Positions 1 to 10,287 of a stretch of DNA of 64,000 nt are shown piece by piece (position 1 is the stretch's first letter; every line of letters starts with the position of its first letter). The stretch is from a virus, in IMG/VR virus record IMGVR_UViG_3300025132_000021, positions 96,343 through 160,342 of that record. One strand, written 5' to 3'. The translations under genes were made by a program, and so were the position numbers. Under the pieces are notes generated by a model, which was not told the origin of the DNA, searched no databases, and saw nothing but the letters and a program-made list of their open reading frames with translations.

Positions 1-47
1 TGAAGAAAAACAGAACGCTTAAGTAGGTGCGTGCTTTTATTCTGCTT

Positions 48-518
48 ATGGATGCCGATAGTTTCTGGAAGGGTTATTTGATGGCTCGTCGGGAAAGATT
101 TGCACAAGAAAAGCGTGCTTTAATTGGTGGCGAATACAATTCTAATACCAAGTATTGGGATGGCATGATTGAACAAGAATGGCTTATTTTCAAAGATAGA
201 TTGTCTACGGGGTTTGATGTTTCCAAAGATGTTAAAGCCCAATTAGGATTAGATTTTTTCACTCTTGATGAAATCCACTCACCTGTCTCTGGAACTTACA
301 CTTTAGAATCAGGTGAAACTTTGCCGTTTTATGCTTATGAAGATTATGTGATGTTAAGTAATCAAGGTATTTTCCGAGAAGAAGATTTTATTTTAGACCG
401 TGAACGCCGTTGGCAACCCAAAGTTGAAAAACTTTTAGCCAAGTCAGGTTATCAACGAGTAGATGTTATTTGGGACGGAGGTGTGTCGTATCTTAGATTC
501 TGCAAAAGAACAGACTAA
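48..518 (+). CDS. hypothetical protein
   Basis: ORF track 27..518; CTTAAGTA box at 18 lies 30 nt before ATG at 48, so 48 is the likely start. Confidence 0.7.
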   Translation: MDADSFWKGYLMARRERFAQEKRALIGGEYNSNTKYWDGMIEQEWLIFKDRLSTGFDVSKDVKAQLGLDFFTLDEIHSPVSGTYTLESGETLPFYAYEDYVMLSNQGIFREEDFILDRERRWQPKVEKLLAKSGYQRVDVIWDGGVSYLRFCKRTD

Positions 519-561
519 ATGGGAAAAAGTTTCTGAACAAGAGTTCATCACTGTTCGGATT

Positions 562-1017
562 ATGATTAAGATTATTGTTTCTTTATCATTAGTGATTCAG
601 ATTCCATTTATTGCTATGGCCGAAATGTGGAATGTAGCACCCTTTAGTTTTGAATGGTGGATGATGCAATTTTTCGGATTTGTTATGGCAACCAACTTGG
701 GTGCTGTGATTTTGGCTATGATTGCTCAAGATTCTGCTACTAAAATTGGGGCGATACAATCTACTGCATTTACGGCTGAGTTTATGGAAGGTGTAGAAAC
801 TTTAACTAAAATAATGACTGTTTTTAATGAAACTGCGTCCGAAGAAAATGAATCTTTAGATGCTCAAATTGAAGAGTTTGCACCCGCATTCTACCGATTG
901 GGACTACAATACTTGCGAACTCATGCCCTTCCTTCGGAAGAACCACCCACTCTTGATGAGTTGGGTATCGCCGCCGCCGATTTCCAGTGTGAAGATGAAG
1001 AACTCTTTGAAGCATAA
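562..1017 (+). CDS. hypothetical membrane protein
   Basis: ORF 463..1017; two hydrophobic segments after the ATG at 562 (start uncertain); acidic C-terminus. Confidence 0.6.
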   Translation: MIKIIVSLSLVIQIPFIAMAEMWNVAPFSFEWWMMQFFGFVMATNLGAVILAMIAQDSATKIGAIQSTAFTAEFMEGVETLTKIMTVFNETASEENESLDAQIEEFAPAFYRLGLQYLRTHALPSEEPPTLDELGIAAADFQCEDEELFEA

Positions 1018-1060
1018 TGCCATAACACTTAAATAGTAAAAACCCACAAAAAGGAGTAAT

Positions 1061-1429
1061 ATGAACCGTCTTGTTAATTGGTATTTTTACATAGTCATCT
1101 TGTTATTATCTTCATGTGTCTATTACACTTATTTGGTAATGCAAGTAGGTTCTATGAATCCCCAAGTAATACGAGCCGAAATACTTAAAGATAGCACTTC
1201 ATTAGGCGCATGGGCATTTTTGTTAGATATTATCTTTTTGTTTTTGATTGGAGTATTCATTAAAAAACGCATGGTAAAAAGAAAAGAAACTAAATGGATG
1301 TCGGCGTTTGACGGACAATCTCAACTTATTATGGACTTAGAACCACTTCCAGTCCCGCATTTACCTCCACCACCTCCCACACCAGAACAAATGGAATTGT
1401 TAGGCATACTTAAAGATGAGAACCTTTAA
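1061..1429 (+). CDS. hypothetical membrane protein (2 TM, Pro-rich tail)
   Basis: two hydrophobic helices, PPPPP tract; CTTAAATA and AGGAG upstream. Confidence 0.7.
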   Translation: MNRLVNWYFYIVILLLSSCVYYTYLVMQVGSMNPQVIRAEILKDSTSLGAWAFLLDIIFLFLIGVFIKKRMVKRKETKWMSAFDGQSQLIMDLEPLPVPHLPPPPPTPEQMELLGILKDENL

Positions 1430-1454
1430 GTATCAGAACCAACCTATCTGAAGT

Positions 1455-1934
1455 ATGGCAAATCAAGACCCTCAACCAGAAGTCTACACAACCAGTCACC
1501 AATTCGCTGGTGCTGCTCTATCTGGAACTTCAAATGTAATCTCAATTTTTACCAACCAAGCAAACAACGAAGAAGTCCGTTTGTATGCTATTGGAATTGA
1601 AATGTTGGATGCTACCACTGGTTCGCCTTTAGCGGCAGACCTTGATTATTCCGTATCTATTCAAGTAGGTCCAAACAATGTTCCTTCTAACGCTTTCAGC
1701 GCAGGATTTATCAACAGCAAGAACGACCGCACTTTGGCTTTTAGTAGCCCAATTCTTTGTTTGTTCCAGCAACCACTTCAAGTAACCGTTACTACCAACC
1801 AAGCCGTTGCAGCCAACGGAAGCATTATCAAAGTAACACTCATTGGAGAACTTGCTATCCAAAAGATTGCAGTTCACGCTGGCAACTGGGAACATCAGAT
1901 GAACTCTATGGGACCACAATCTCGCCAACGCTAA
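1455..1934 (+). CDS. putative virion structural protein (beta-rich)
   Basis: TTTAAGTA at 1425 (-30); alternating hydrophobic beta-strand pattern; lies in the fibre gene cluster. Confidence 0.5.
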   Translation: MANQDPQPEVYTTSHQFAGAALSGTSNVISIFTNQANNEEVRLYAIGIEMLDATTGSPLAADLDYSVSIQVGPNNVPSNAFSAGFINSKNDRTLAFSSPILCLFQQPLQVTVTTNQAVAANGSIIKVTLIGELAIQKIAVHAGNWEHQMNSMGPQSRQR

Positions 1935-1977
1935 GTAGATGGAATGCTTTAAGTAGCAGACCCGTCATATTACGACT

Positions 1978-2685
1978 ATGAGCATTCGTCGTCAAGCCTA
2001 TGAGTGGCGAAACATTGTTCAGGGTTCTACTGCTATTGTCAGTAATTCTGGACATCCTATTTTGAATTACGCTGGTGATACCTCCGTAATAGGCAGAGCA
2101 ATTGAGATTCCGCCATTCGTTCCTTATGATATTATGGTCGGAGGCATCGGAAACAACTTAGAAGAACCAGCCATGCTTAGAGCGCATCAATTGATTGTAA
2201 TAGACCACATGGGTAGTTATCCTGCTTCAGCAGGTCTAAACATTCGTATTGGCACAACTCGTTATTTTCAAAATCCAGACGGTATTCCTGATATTGGAAT
2301 GCCCTCATCGGCTATGCCTTTTCAACCAATTACTATTTCGGTTGGTGAATCCAAGTTAGGATTTTTTGAAGAAATCACTCCTCCTGTCTATGTCTTACCC
2401 GGTCAAACATGGGGTATTGAGTTCACTTCTTTTGAAACTTTGAACTCTGGAAGTCCAGTTCCTACATCAGACACCCAAATTGCCAGAGCCTATGTGCGTT
2501 ATTTACTGATTGATGGTCCTGACCAACTAATTGCTATGAAACTTTTACAACAAAACATTCCTATCAGTCCAGAAAACATTCAGTGGTATAAGCAAAACTT
2601 AATTCGCAACCGACTTCGTGCTGATTTGGGAATGGAAGAAATGCTGGAAGAACGCCTCCGTGATAAAGAAAGGAGGTTGATTTGA
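1978..2685 (+). CDS. putative virion protein, paralogue of 2682..3452
   Basis: TTTAAGTA at 1948 (-30); shares YEW, IEIPPFV, PPVYVLPxQTW, TQIA, DGPDxLI and WY blocks with the next ORF. Confidence 0.6.
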   Translation: MSIRRQAYEWRNIVQGSTAIVSNSGHPILNYAGDTSVIGRAIEIPPFVPYDIMVGGIGNNLEEPAMLRAHQLIVIDHMGSYPASAGLNIRIGTTRYFQNPDGIPDIGMPSSAMPFQPITISVGESKLGFFEEITPPVYVLPGQTWGIEFTSFETLNSGSPVPTSDTQIARAYVRYLLIDGPDQLIAMKLLQQNIPISPENIQWYKQNLIRNRLRADLGMEEMLEERLRDKERRLI

Positions 2686-3452
2686 TGGCAATTACTTATC
2701 AAAACTATGAATGGACACTGGCAGGCCAAAGTTCTACGGGAGCAGCCAGACCCTCGGATTTTCCACCTGCTGGTGTAGAAACTTCTATCTTTGTAGGTGG
2801 TTTTGGAAATAACATTGAGATTCCACCATTTGTCAATGAAGACCAATTTGTAGTAATTGAAAAGTTTGGTAGCACAGGAGGTGTATTAGCAAATATCCGA
2901 GTAACAGGAGATGGAACACATAGATTAACAAACTTTGTTCCCAATGGTTTCATTCAAATTGTTATCAATTCAACTGGATATTATCAAGACCCACAAAACA
3001 CATGGCAACATGGAATTAGTGGTGATGCAGCCCCTTATCCATTCGGAACTACTGATATTCCACCCAGTTATGTGTTAGACCCTCCTGTTTATGTGCTTCC
3101 AGAGCAAACATGGGATATTCGCTACACCATGATGAATAATCTACCAGAGTTTATTCAAGCATACAATGTAACTAACACGCCAAATACTCTTAAGATTCCT
3201 CCAACCACTCAAATTGCCAAATGTCATGTGCAATATCATTTATTTGATGGACCAGATGCTTTAATTTGTCATCAACTTTTAGAATTGGGTATTCCTATCA
3301 ATGTCGCTACGGTAGAGTGGTATCGTAGAATCTTGCTTAAAAGTCGTGGTTTGGACACATCTACATGGGAACATTACTTGGAAGTTTCTCAAGCCTTCCG
3401 AGACAAAGAAAAAAAGTATGAAGAACTCTATGGTCGCCAAAGAAAGGCATAA
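2685..3452 (+). CDS. putative virion protein, paralogue of 1978..2685
   Basis: TGATG stop/start overlap, GGAGG SD; same conserved blocks as the previous ORF. Confidence 0.6.
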   Translation: MAITYQNYEWTLAGQSSTGAARPSDFPPAGVETSIFVGGFGNNIEIPPFVNEDQFVVIEKFGSTGGVLANIRVTGDGTHRLTNFVPNGFIQIVINSTGYYQDPQNTWQHGISGDAAPYPFGTTDIPPSYVLDPPVYVLPEQTWDIRYTMMNNLPEFIQAYNVTNTPNTLKIPPTTQIAKCHVQYHLFDGPDALICHQLLELGIPINVATVEWYRRILLKSRGLDTSTWEHYLEVSQAFRDKEKKYEELYGRQRKA

Positions 3453-3484
3453 ACTTTAAGTAGTCGGAGGAGGTAAGGATAAGT

Positions 3485-4444
3485 ATGTCAGGCTCGTATG
3501 GAGAAGATATTAGGGATGTTAAGCGTCCTTATCGTAAGAAAGCCTTCCAAACAGGTTATTCACAAAAAGGTTCTGCTGTTTCCAGCACACCGTTGCCACA
3601 GCACACCTATTCAACTACTACTACGCAACAAACTGAAGCCCAGAGACCGGGAGTAGACCCTCACACCTTTCGTCGTGCCGTCAGGCCAACCCCTGAATCT
3701 TTGGACGGAGGCACAGCAATTGCTGGTGCGTTTTATCCGTGGCATACATCACCTAAGCCAGAATCGGCTAACTTGGTTCAAAGACAAAAAGTAGATTTGA
3801 ATGCTACACCCCTTCCTCAAAACAATTATATTGATGCCGTAGTTATCAATGTATCAGATGGTTCAATAGGAACTACCTCTTGGGTCGCTGGAGTGCCAAC
3901 ACCCACTCCATTTACAGGAGTAGCACCAGCACCACAAATCGCTCAAAATGCAGGTTTAATTACGAATACGCCCGGTGCGCCCAGTTCAACTACACAGGCT
4001 AAAACTGTGTCTGCTTCTACTAATCCTAACTCTCCACAAGCCACAGGAGGAACAACATTTGTTCCACAAGGAGTTCCCGCAGGACCAGCACCCCAAGTGA
4101 ATGCTTTGATTACACCCGGTTCTAACCAAGAGATTTACCGAGTTTCTACATTTGGACACTCCGAAACCGCAGCAGGAACAGCAGGAGTCACTTATCAAAT
4201 CTGGGTAGATGGTTCATTGTTTATGGAATGGTCTGACTATCAATGGTCGCCTATTACTCCTCGTTCCTACCAATGGTTCTTTGATAATCCTATCGTAGTT
4301 CAACAACAAATTGTCTATCGTGTTATTAACGAAACTTCGGGTGCAATTAGCGCAGCAGGAGAAGTTGCTGAAGCCGCCTTTGCAGGTTGGACTGAACAAC
4401 GCTTCGGATACAACGATGTTGGATACACACAACTTCAATCTTGA
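3485..4444 (+). CDS. putative virion protein (Pro/Thr-rich, beta-rich C-terminal domain)
   Basis: TTTAAGTA at 3455 (-30); composition and position. Confidence 0.5.
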   Translation: MSGSYGEDIRDVKRPYRKKAFQTGYSQKGSAVSSTPLPQHTYSTTTTQQTEAQRPGVDPHTFRRAVRPTPESLDGGTAIAGAFYPWHTSPKPESANLVQRQKVDLNATPLPQNNYIDAVVINVSDGSIGTTSWVAGVPTPTPFTGVAPAPQIAQNAGLITNTPGAPSSTTQAKTVSASTNPNSPQATGGTTFVPQGVPAGPAPQVNALITPGSNQEIYRVSTFGHSETAAGTAGVTYQIWVDGSLFMEWSDYQWSPITPRSYQWFFDNPIVVQQQIVYRVINETSGAISAAGEVAEAAFAGWTEQRFGYNDVGYTQLQS

Positions 4445-4479
4445 TAAACTTTAAGTAGTTGTGCAACTAATGAAGGAAC

Positions 4480-7400
4480 ATGGCATCCTCTACGCCTCCA
4501 GAATATACGGGTTCAGACCGTGGTAGTGGTTTGCTTACGGTTACTGATGGCACAATTATTGGTAACAACATTAACGAAATCGTAGTCTCACCGGGAACTT
4601 TAGGAGTTACGGGACAAACAGCCACAATAGCCACAGGCGGAGGTGGCGGTGGTGGTTCTGGAACAGTCACTTCTGTTAGCACTACTTTATCTGGCATTAC
4701 TGTCAATAATTCTACTACGGCGGCTCAAATTGTGGGAACTTTAGGAGTTGCTTCAGGAGGAACAGGTGCAACTACATTAACCGATGGCGGAATCCTGTTG
4801 GGTTCTGGAACAGGGGTTATCACGGCTACGGCACAACCCGCTAATGGACAGTTGCTTATTGGTTCATCAGGTTCAGACCCCGTATTAGCAAACTTAACTG
4901 AAGGCACGAACATTACTATTCAAAATACTCCCGGTGGTATTGAAATTGGAACTACGGCTGCCGCTTACGGCAATTGGACTGTAAAAGCAGGAGCCTCAAC
5001 AGGTTTAGTAGCCTCTGGAGATGAAGTAGATTTTGTAGGTGGAACAGGTATAGCCACACCTACACTAACAGGTGCGAGTCCCAACTTTGATGTCAATATC
5101 GCTGTGGATAGCACAGTTCTGACTGTTTCTCCAGCACCGAGCGCAAATCAACTTCCTTATTTTAGTGGTGTGGGTGCAGGTATCAGCGCAGTAGGACCCC
5201 TTGCGAATGGAGAATTGTTGATTGGTAGCGGAGGTAGCGCACCAGTTCCCGCCGTTTTAACCGAAGGTGCAAACATTACTATTGCCGAAGGACCGGGAAC
5301 AATTACCATTGGAACAACAGGACTCGGAACTATGAGTCAATGGGATATAGCAGCAACGGCTGGTGCTACCCAATCAGTTCAGAACGGACAAGAAGTGGAG
5401 TTCTTAGGAGATACAGCCCTTTTACCTACTGTTGCAGCAGGAGGCATAGACTATACTTTAACTTACAGTATTATCCCAACAGGTGACATACAATCCAGTT
5501 CAAATGTTCAATTTAAGTTCACTCAAGCAACTGATTCCACAGATGGACCTGAACTTAGACTTCGCAAAACCAGAGGCAACACGGGTGCGCCTTCAGCCAT
5601 TTCAGACGGAGATACTCTCGGTCGCATTACTGCCTATCCTTACACAAGCACAGTTCCCACTTATGAATTATCTGGTGGATTAGGCTGGACAGCCAACGGC
5701 AACGCAGGAGATTCTCGGTATAGTGTTGATACTCAAGTTTCAAATGTTACTGCCATGCGATTTGGAACGACTAATGCAGGAAACTTTTACGCAGGTAATC
5801 TTACCGCAGCCACAGGATATGCTTTCCCACTCGTAGATGGTTCTGCTAATCAAACTTTAGTTACTGATGGTGGAGGAAACTTAAGTTTCGCTACCACAGG
5901 TTCAATCAGTAGCGGAGTTGCCACTCAAGTAGCCTTTTATTCCGCCACTAATACTTTAACAGGTTCAAGTAAGTTCACATGGGACGACACAGCAGCAGCA
6001 GAACACTTAGAGATTCAATCAAGCAATCCGTTGCCAATGATTATTGCTACCTCATCTTCAGGAATTAACGGAGCCAGAATGGATTTAACCAGCACAGCCA
6101 CAGCATTGGACAATCGTTCCGTAGGAATTATTGACTTTGCAGGACAGGATTCCGCAGGTAATTCAGATTATTATGTTATTGTTTCGGGCAAGTCTAAACT
6201 TACAACAAGTGGTTCAGAGCAAGGTTTATTGAGTTTCCAAGTAGCAGGAACTTCTGACACGGTGCAAGGATTCCCAGAAGTTATGACTTTAGATAACACA
6301 GGGGTTATTGTCAATCCGGGAACTTTAACTGAAATGGATTTCACAGTTGCCACAGCCAATTTTGATACTGCTTTCCAAATAGATGCTTCTTTAGACGATA
6401 TTGTTACCGCAGTTCCTTTCCGTAATGAAATTGAAATCAAAAAGATTGATGCAGGAATCAATGTAGGACCAGACTTAAAACTTTATAGAGATTCTGCTTC
6501 ACCTGCTGCTTCCGATATTTTAGGACAAGTTTTGTTTTCGGGCAACGATGATACATCACCTACTCCTGTGAAGATAAATTATGCTTCAATTACTGGATTT
6601 ATTACAGATGCTACCGCAGGGGCGCATGATGGTTCAATTGTATTCAACTGTGTGCGAAACGGCACAAGTGCGCCCTATATGAACATTGGTAAGTTATCTG
6701 CTGGTGGTGTGCGAAGTGTTACTATTAACGAAAATCAATTAGACAATGATTTTATCGTGGCGACCACTGGGCAAGCCGAAGCCCTCAAGATTGATGGTTC
6801 AACCGATACTCTCTCATTGGCTGTTCCTATTAACAGTTATCAGGGTTCAACCCCTGCTAATGGTGAATTACTGATTGGAAACGGCTCGCAATTCACTAAA
6901 AACACTTTAACACAAGGGACAGGAATCACCATTACCCCCGGTGCAGGTTCTATTGAAATTGCCGCTACAACATTGGGAACGGTCACAGAAGTAGGCTTGG
7001 CAGCCCCCGCCGCTTTCACGGTAAGTGGTTCACCAGTCACAGGTTCAGGAACTTTAACTTTCGCTGGTGCTGGAAACGCAACTCAAGTAGTTCTGGGAAA
7101 TGGAAACTTAGGAACAAAGTTTGAACAATTTACGGTTTCAGGCAATACAGGAACTCCTCAAGATATTACCACAGGCAACACCCTCAAGATTGATGGAACA
7201 GCAGCATCAGGAATTACCACCGAGGCTATTGCTACCGACACCTTAAGAGTAAGTTTAACTACCACAGGAGTTACTGCTGCAACTTATGGTTCGGAATCAG
7301 TTGTCCCAGTTATTACCGTAGATGCACAGGGGCGCATCACCAGCGTAGTTGATACTACTATCGCAGGATTTACTCTAACGGCTGATTCTGGTAGCAACCA

Positions 7401-8607
7401 AACAGTATCTATTGGCGAGACCATGGATATTGCTGGAGGAACAGCGATTAGCACAGTAGTCGGTGCTACGGATACTGTCACTATTAACCTTGATGACATA
7501 GCAGGTGTAGAAGGTGTTTATACCAATGCCGACATTACTGTTGATGGTCAAGGTCGTGTCACAGCCGCCGCAAGCGGTAGTGGTGGAGGCGGAGTCATAG
7601 TTCAAGACGAAGGAACACCATTAGCCACTACTGCCACCACTCTTAACTTTGTAGGTTCTGGCGTAGTAGCATCGGGAACAGGGGCTACCAAAACTATTAC
7701 CATCTCAGGTGGAAGTGGTTCAGGAACAGTCAATACAGCCAATCAATTTGAAGTTGCTTATTATGCCGCCGCAGGCACAGCAGTTAGTGGAAACACAGGT
7801 TTTACCTATAATGATACAGGAATCGCTGGCACAGCAGGATTATCTGTGGCCGAGGATATTTTCGTAGGTAGCAAATTACAACACTTGGGAGATGCTGATA
7901 CTTACCTTGAGTTCAGCGTAGATACTCTAAACGGCTTTACAGGTGGTAAAAACTGGCTTAATTCACAAGCCTCTCAAACCTCGGTTGGTTATGCTGATGA
8001 TTTAACAGCCCCGACAACTGGTTTTGCAGCGAACTTTCAGGCTTCCAGATTCAGCATTGAGTCTTTTAGCGACCAAATTGGCCGTTTTAACAAGAACGGC
8101 ACAGACAATCAAGTTACCCTAACTAAACTACACACAACGGCATTTGGACAATCTACTCGTGCGATTACGGGTTCTGGAACTACAACTGCGACTCCAGAAG
8201 GTTCTGGTGTTTATGCGGTTCAAACAACTGCCGCAGTAGTAGTTGATTTAACAGTGGGCATAATTGACTTAGGTGGTGGCAATCTGGGCGGTGTAGACAG
8301 CAGAACTGTGCCTGTTGGACAAGTCGCAGATACAGGATTTAATGGATATGGAACTTGGCAAGTCGGAGACCAAGTAACTATTATTGCTGATTGTGGAGGC
8401 ACACCTAACATTACTATTGTTTCACAATACAATGAAACAGATGGTGCAGGAAATGTAACCTCCGCAGCCGCAGGTCAAGTTAATATCAATCAAAGTGCTG
8501 CCCCAGTTACTATTACCACAGACTTTACAGCCAAAACTTTTGTTTTAGTTGAAGATAGTTCGGCAGGTGCAACCGCCCCTGATGTTCGTTGGGTCGCTAT
8601 CGGGTGA
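4480..8607 (+). CDS. tail fibre / spike / receptor-binding protein
   Basis: 1375 aa, Gly/Thr/Ser/Ala rich; repeats NGxLLIG...LTxGxxITI (x3) and TVDxQGRxT (x2) typical of viral fibres; TTTAAGTA at 4450 (-30). Confidence 0.75.
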   Translation: MASSTPPEYTGSDRGSGLLTVTDGTIIGNNINEIVVSPGTLGVTGQTATIATGGGGGGGSGTVTSVSTTLSGITVNNSTTAAQIVGTLGVASGGTGATTLTDGGILLGSGTGVITATAQPANGQLLIGSSGSDPVLANLTEGTNITIQNTPGGIEIGTTAAAYGNWTVKAGASTGLVASGDEVDFVGGTGIATPTLTGASPNFDVNIAVDSTVLTVSPAPSANQLPYFSGVGAGISAVGPLANGELLIGSGGSAPVPAVLTEGANITIAEGPGTITIGTTGLGTMSQWDIAATAGATQSVQNGQEVEFLGDTALLPTVAAGGIDYTLTYSIIPTGDIQSSSNVQFKFTQATDSTDGPELRLRKTRGNTGAPSAISDGDTLGRITAYPYTSTVPTYELSGGLGWTANGNAGDSRYSVDTQVSNVTAMRFGTTNAGNFYAGNLTAATGYAFPLVDGSANQTLVTDGGGNLSFATTGSISSGVATQVAFYSATNTLTGSSKFTWDDTAAAEHLEIQSSNPLPMIIATSSSGINGARMDLTSTATALDNRSVGIIDFAGQDSAGNSDYYVIVSGKSKLTTSGSEQGLLSFQVAGTSDTVQGFPEVMTLDNTGVIVNPGTLTEMDFTVATANFDTAFQIDASLDDIVTAVPFRNEIEIKKIDAGINVGPDLKLYRDSASPAASDILGQVLFSGNDDTSPTPVKINYASITGFITDATAGAHDGSIVFNCVRNGTSAPYMNIGKLSAGGVRSVTINENQLDNDFIVATTGQAEALKIDGSTDTLSLAVPINSYQGSTPANGELLIGNGSQFTKNTLTQGTGITITPGAGSIEIAATTLGTVTEVGLAAPAAFTVSGSPVTGSGTLTFAGAGNATQVVLGNGNLGTKFEQFTVSGNTGTPQDITTGNTLKIDGTAASGITTEAIATDTLRVSLTTTGVTAATYGSESVVPVITVDAQGRITSVVDTTIAGFTLTADSGSNQTVSIGETMDIAGGTAISTVVGATDTVTINLDDIAGVEGVYTNADITVDGQGRVTAAASGSGGGGVIVQDEGTPLATTATTLNFVGSGVVASGTGATKTITISGGSGSGTVNTANQFEVAYYAAAGTAVSGNTGFTYNDTGIAGTAGLSVAEDIFVGSKLQHLGDADTYLEFSVDTLNGFTGGKNWLNSQASQTSVGYADDLTAPTTGFAANFQASRFSIESFSDQIGRFNKNGTDNQVTLTKLHTTAFGQSTRAITGSGTTTATPEGSGVYAVQTTAAVVVDLTVGIIDLGGGNLGGVDSRTVPVGQVADTGFNGYGTWQVGDQVTIIADCGGTPNITIVSQYNETDGAGNVTSAAAGQVNINQSAAPVTITTDFTAKTFVLVEDSSAGATAPDVRWVAIG

Positions 8608-8612
8608 TTAAC

Positions 8613-9467
8613 ATGAGTCCACCAATTATTATCGGAGTTTGCGCTCAACAAAGTAGCGGAGGTGGAGGCGGAGGCATTACTTTTTCTATTAACTCCGTTG
8701 GTGGAAACAATCAGTCACCAGTTACTTCACCACCCGGTTCTTCTGCTTCATTTGCAGATGTCGGAAACTCATTTACCTTTCCTTTGGCAGTAGACAATCC
8801 ACCCAACTCCACAGGACTTGCCTCTACCCTTGTCGTAGGAGGCACACCCGGAGCAGGAAGGTATGATTGGGGCATCAGATATGATAGCACACCTTTTGAT
8901 GGTTCTCAAAATCTTTTTAGTGCTGGTAAGGTCTTAGACGGTGCTTCTTCAGGACCCAATGCAGGTAAGGCTATGAAAATCTCTTGGGAATATGATGTTT
9001 CAGTGCTTGGCGACCCCGGTTTAGTTGATGCTTTATACGAAACTTGGTGGGCTTTTGATGAGGAGAATCAACTTTACCCACCACTTTCTGCTTCACCCGG
9101 TAAGATAGAAGTTAATATACTTGGTGGCACAGTTCCCGTTAATGCTGTTATGCCCGGTGGAGGCGGATTGGTGACTGTTAATTTGGGCGACCCTGCGAAT
9201 CCATTTATTGAACCCGGTTCTATTATTAGAGTTACTTCTGATTCAGACCCCGACGGCATCCCTGCCTCCCCAGAATTATTCAAATGGGGTTCTAATGGTG
9301 CATATTTTGACAGTGGTGAGTTGGGAACACCTACAATCCCTATGCTTCAAACCATTACTTTTATCGCCCTTGATGGCACAGAAAGCACCGCCACTCAAAA
9401 TCTGATTTGGACTTGTGGATTGAACCCATTTGACACACCAATTGCAGATGTCTTAACTTATCCATGA
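8613..9467 (+). CDS. putative virion or fibre-associated protein
   Basis: ORF 8589..9467; ATG 8613 follows GGGTGA SD; Gly/Pro-rich beta composition. Confidence 0.55.
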   Translation: MSPPIIIGVCAQQSSGGGGGGITFSINSVGGNNQSPVTSPPGSSASFADVGNSFTFPLAVDNPPNSTGLASTLVVGGTPGAGRYDWGIRYDSTPFDGSQNLFSAGKVLDGASSGPNAGKAMKISWEYDVSVLGDPGLVDALYETWWAFDEENQLYPPLSASPGKIEVNILGGTVPVNAVMPGGGGLVTVNLGDPANPFIEPGSIIRVTSDSDPDGIPASPELFKWGSNGAYFDSGELGTPTIPMLQTITFIALDGTESTATQNLIWTCGLNPFDTPIADVLTYP

Positions 9468-9505
9468 TGTAAAGGTTTAAGTAAGTCCTACACGATAGTC
9501 TTATT

Positions 9506-9673
9506 ATGCCTACCGTAGAGTTAAGCAACGAAGATATTACGCTTCTTTTAGAAGTATTGAACCAAACCACCATTCAAGGTCGTGAAGGTGCGATTCGCTT
9601 TTTGAAAGTATATCATGCACTGGAAAACGGTCTTGAAGAATCCGAAGGAGATGAAAACCATGACGACAATTGA
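9506..9673 (+). CDS. small protein (55 aa, MPTVELSNEDITLLLEVLNQTTIQG...), not in ORF track
   Basis: TTTAAGTA at 9476 (-30); clear paralogue of the next ORF. Confidence 0.75.
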   Translation: MPTVELSNEDITLLLEVLNQTTIQGREGAIRFLKVYHALENGLEESEGDENHDDN

Positions 9674-9815
9674 ATTAGAAAATAAAGAAATTGGAATCCT
9701 ACTTCAAATCTTGAATACTACTCAAATACAAGGTGCAGAAAACATTAAAGTATTCATGGAAATCTGGGATAAACTGGTTTCAGTTTATGAACCCACTACT
9801 AACATTGAAGACTAA
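9660..9815 (+). CDS. small protein (MTTIELENKEIGILLQILNTTQIQG...)
   Basis: ORF 9615..9815; GGAGATGA SD before ATG 9660; paralogue of 9506..9673. Confidence 0.7.
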   Translation: MTTIELENKEIGILLQILNTTQIQGAENIKVFMEIWDKLVSVYEPTTNIED

Positions 9816-9847
9816 ACTTTAAGTAGTCGTGGGTAGTAATACTCACT

Positions 9848-10042
9848 ATGACTCCTGCTGACCGCACTTGGACATGGCTTTCTATGGGCTTTGCTGCTTT
9901 AGCCATGCTAACCAGTTTATTTGCTTTAGCCACCGACCCATCTTTTACCAAACAATCTGAAGTTGATTACTTAGATGAAAACCTTCCTGAAGAAGTCTTA
10001 GATGAGATGAGAGGCTTAGGAATGTCTACCTCGGACAACTAA
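9848..10042 (+). CDS. small membrane protein
   Basis: TTTAAGTA at 9818 (-30); one TM helix. Confidence 0.65.
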   Translation: MTPADRTWTWLSMGFAALAMLTSLFALATDPSFTKQSEVDYLDENLPEEVLDEMRGLGMSTSDN

Positions 10043-10080
10043 TACAAAGCATTAAGTATCAGCCACTATTATGAATAATC

Positions 10081-10287
10081 ATGTCGGAAGAGAGTCCAAT
10101 CCCTAAACGCATGACTGTCAAGAAGTTGGGTCAAAAAGTGGATGAACTACAAGAAGTCGTAGATATTATCCATAGTGATATTGGAGAACTCAAAGAACTT
10201 TTGAAGACTATGATTGAACTTCAAATTGTTAAAACTCCAGAAATTGCTGATTCCAATGCGGCTTGGGTAGACCGTATGTATTCATAG
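10081..10287 (+). CDS. small coiled-coil protein
   Basis: ATTAAGTA at 10051 (-30); heptad pattern. Confidence 0.6.
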   Translation: MSEESPIPKRMTVKKLGQKVDELQEVVDIIHSDIGELKELLKTMIELQIVKTPEIADSNAAWVDRMYS

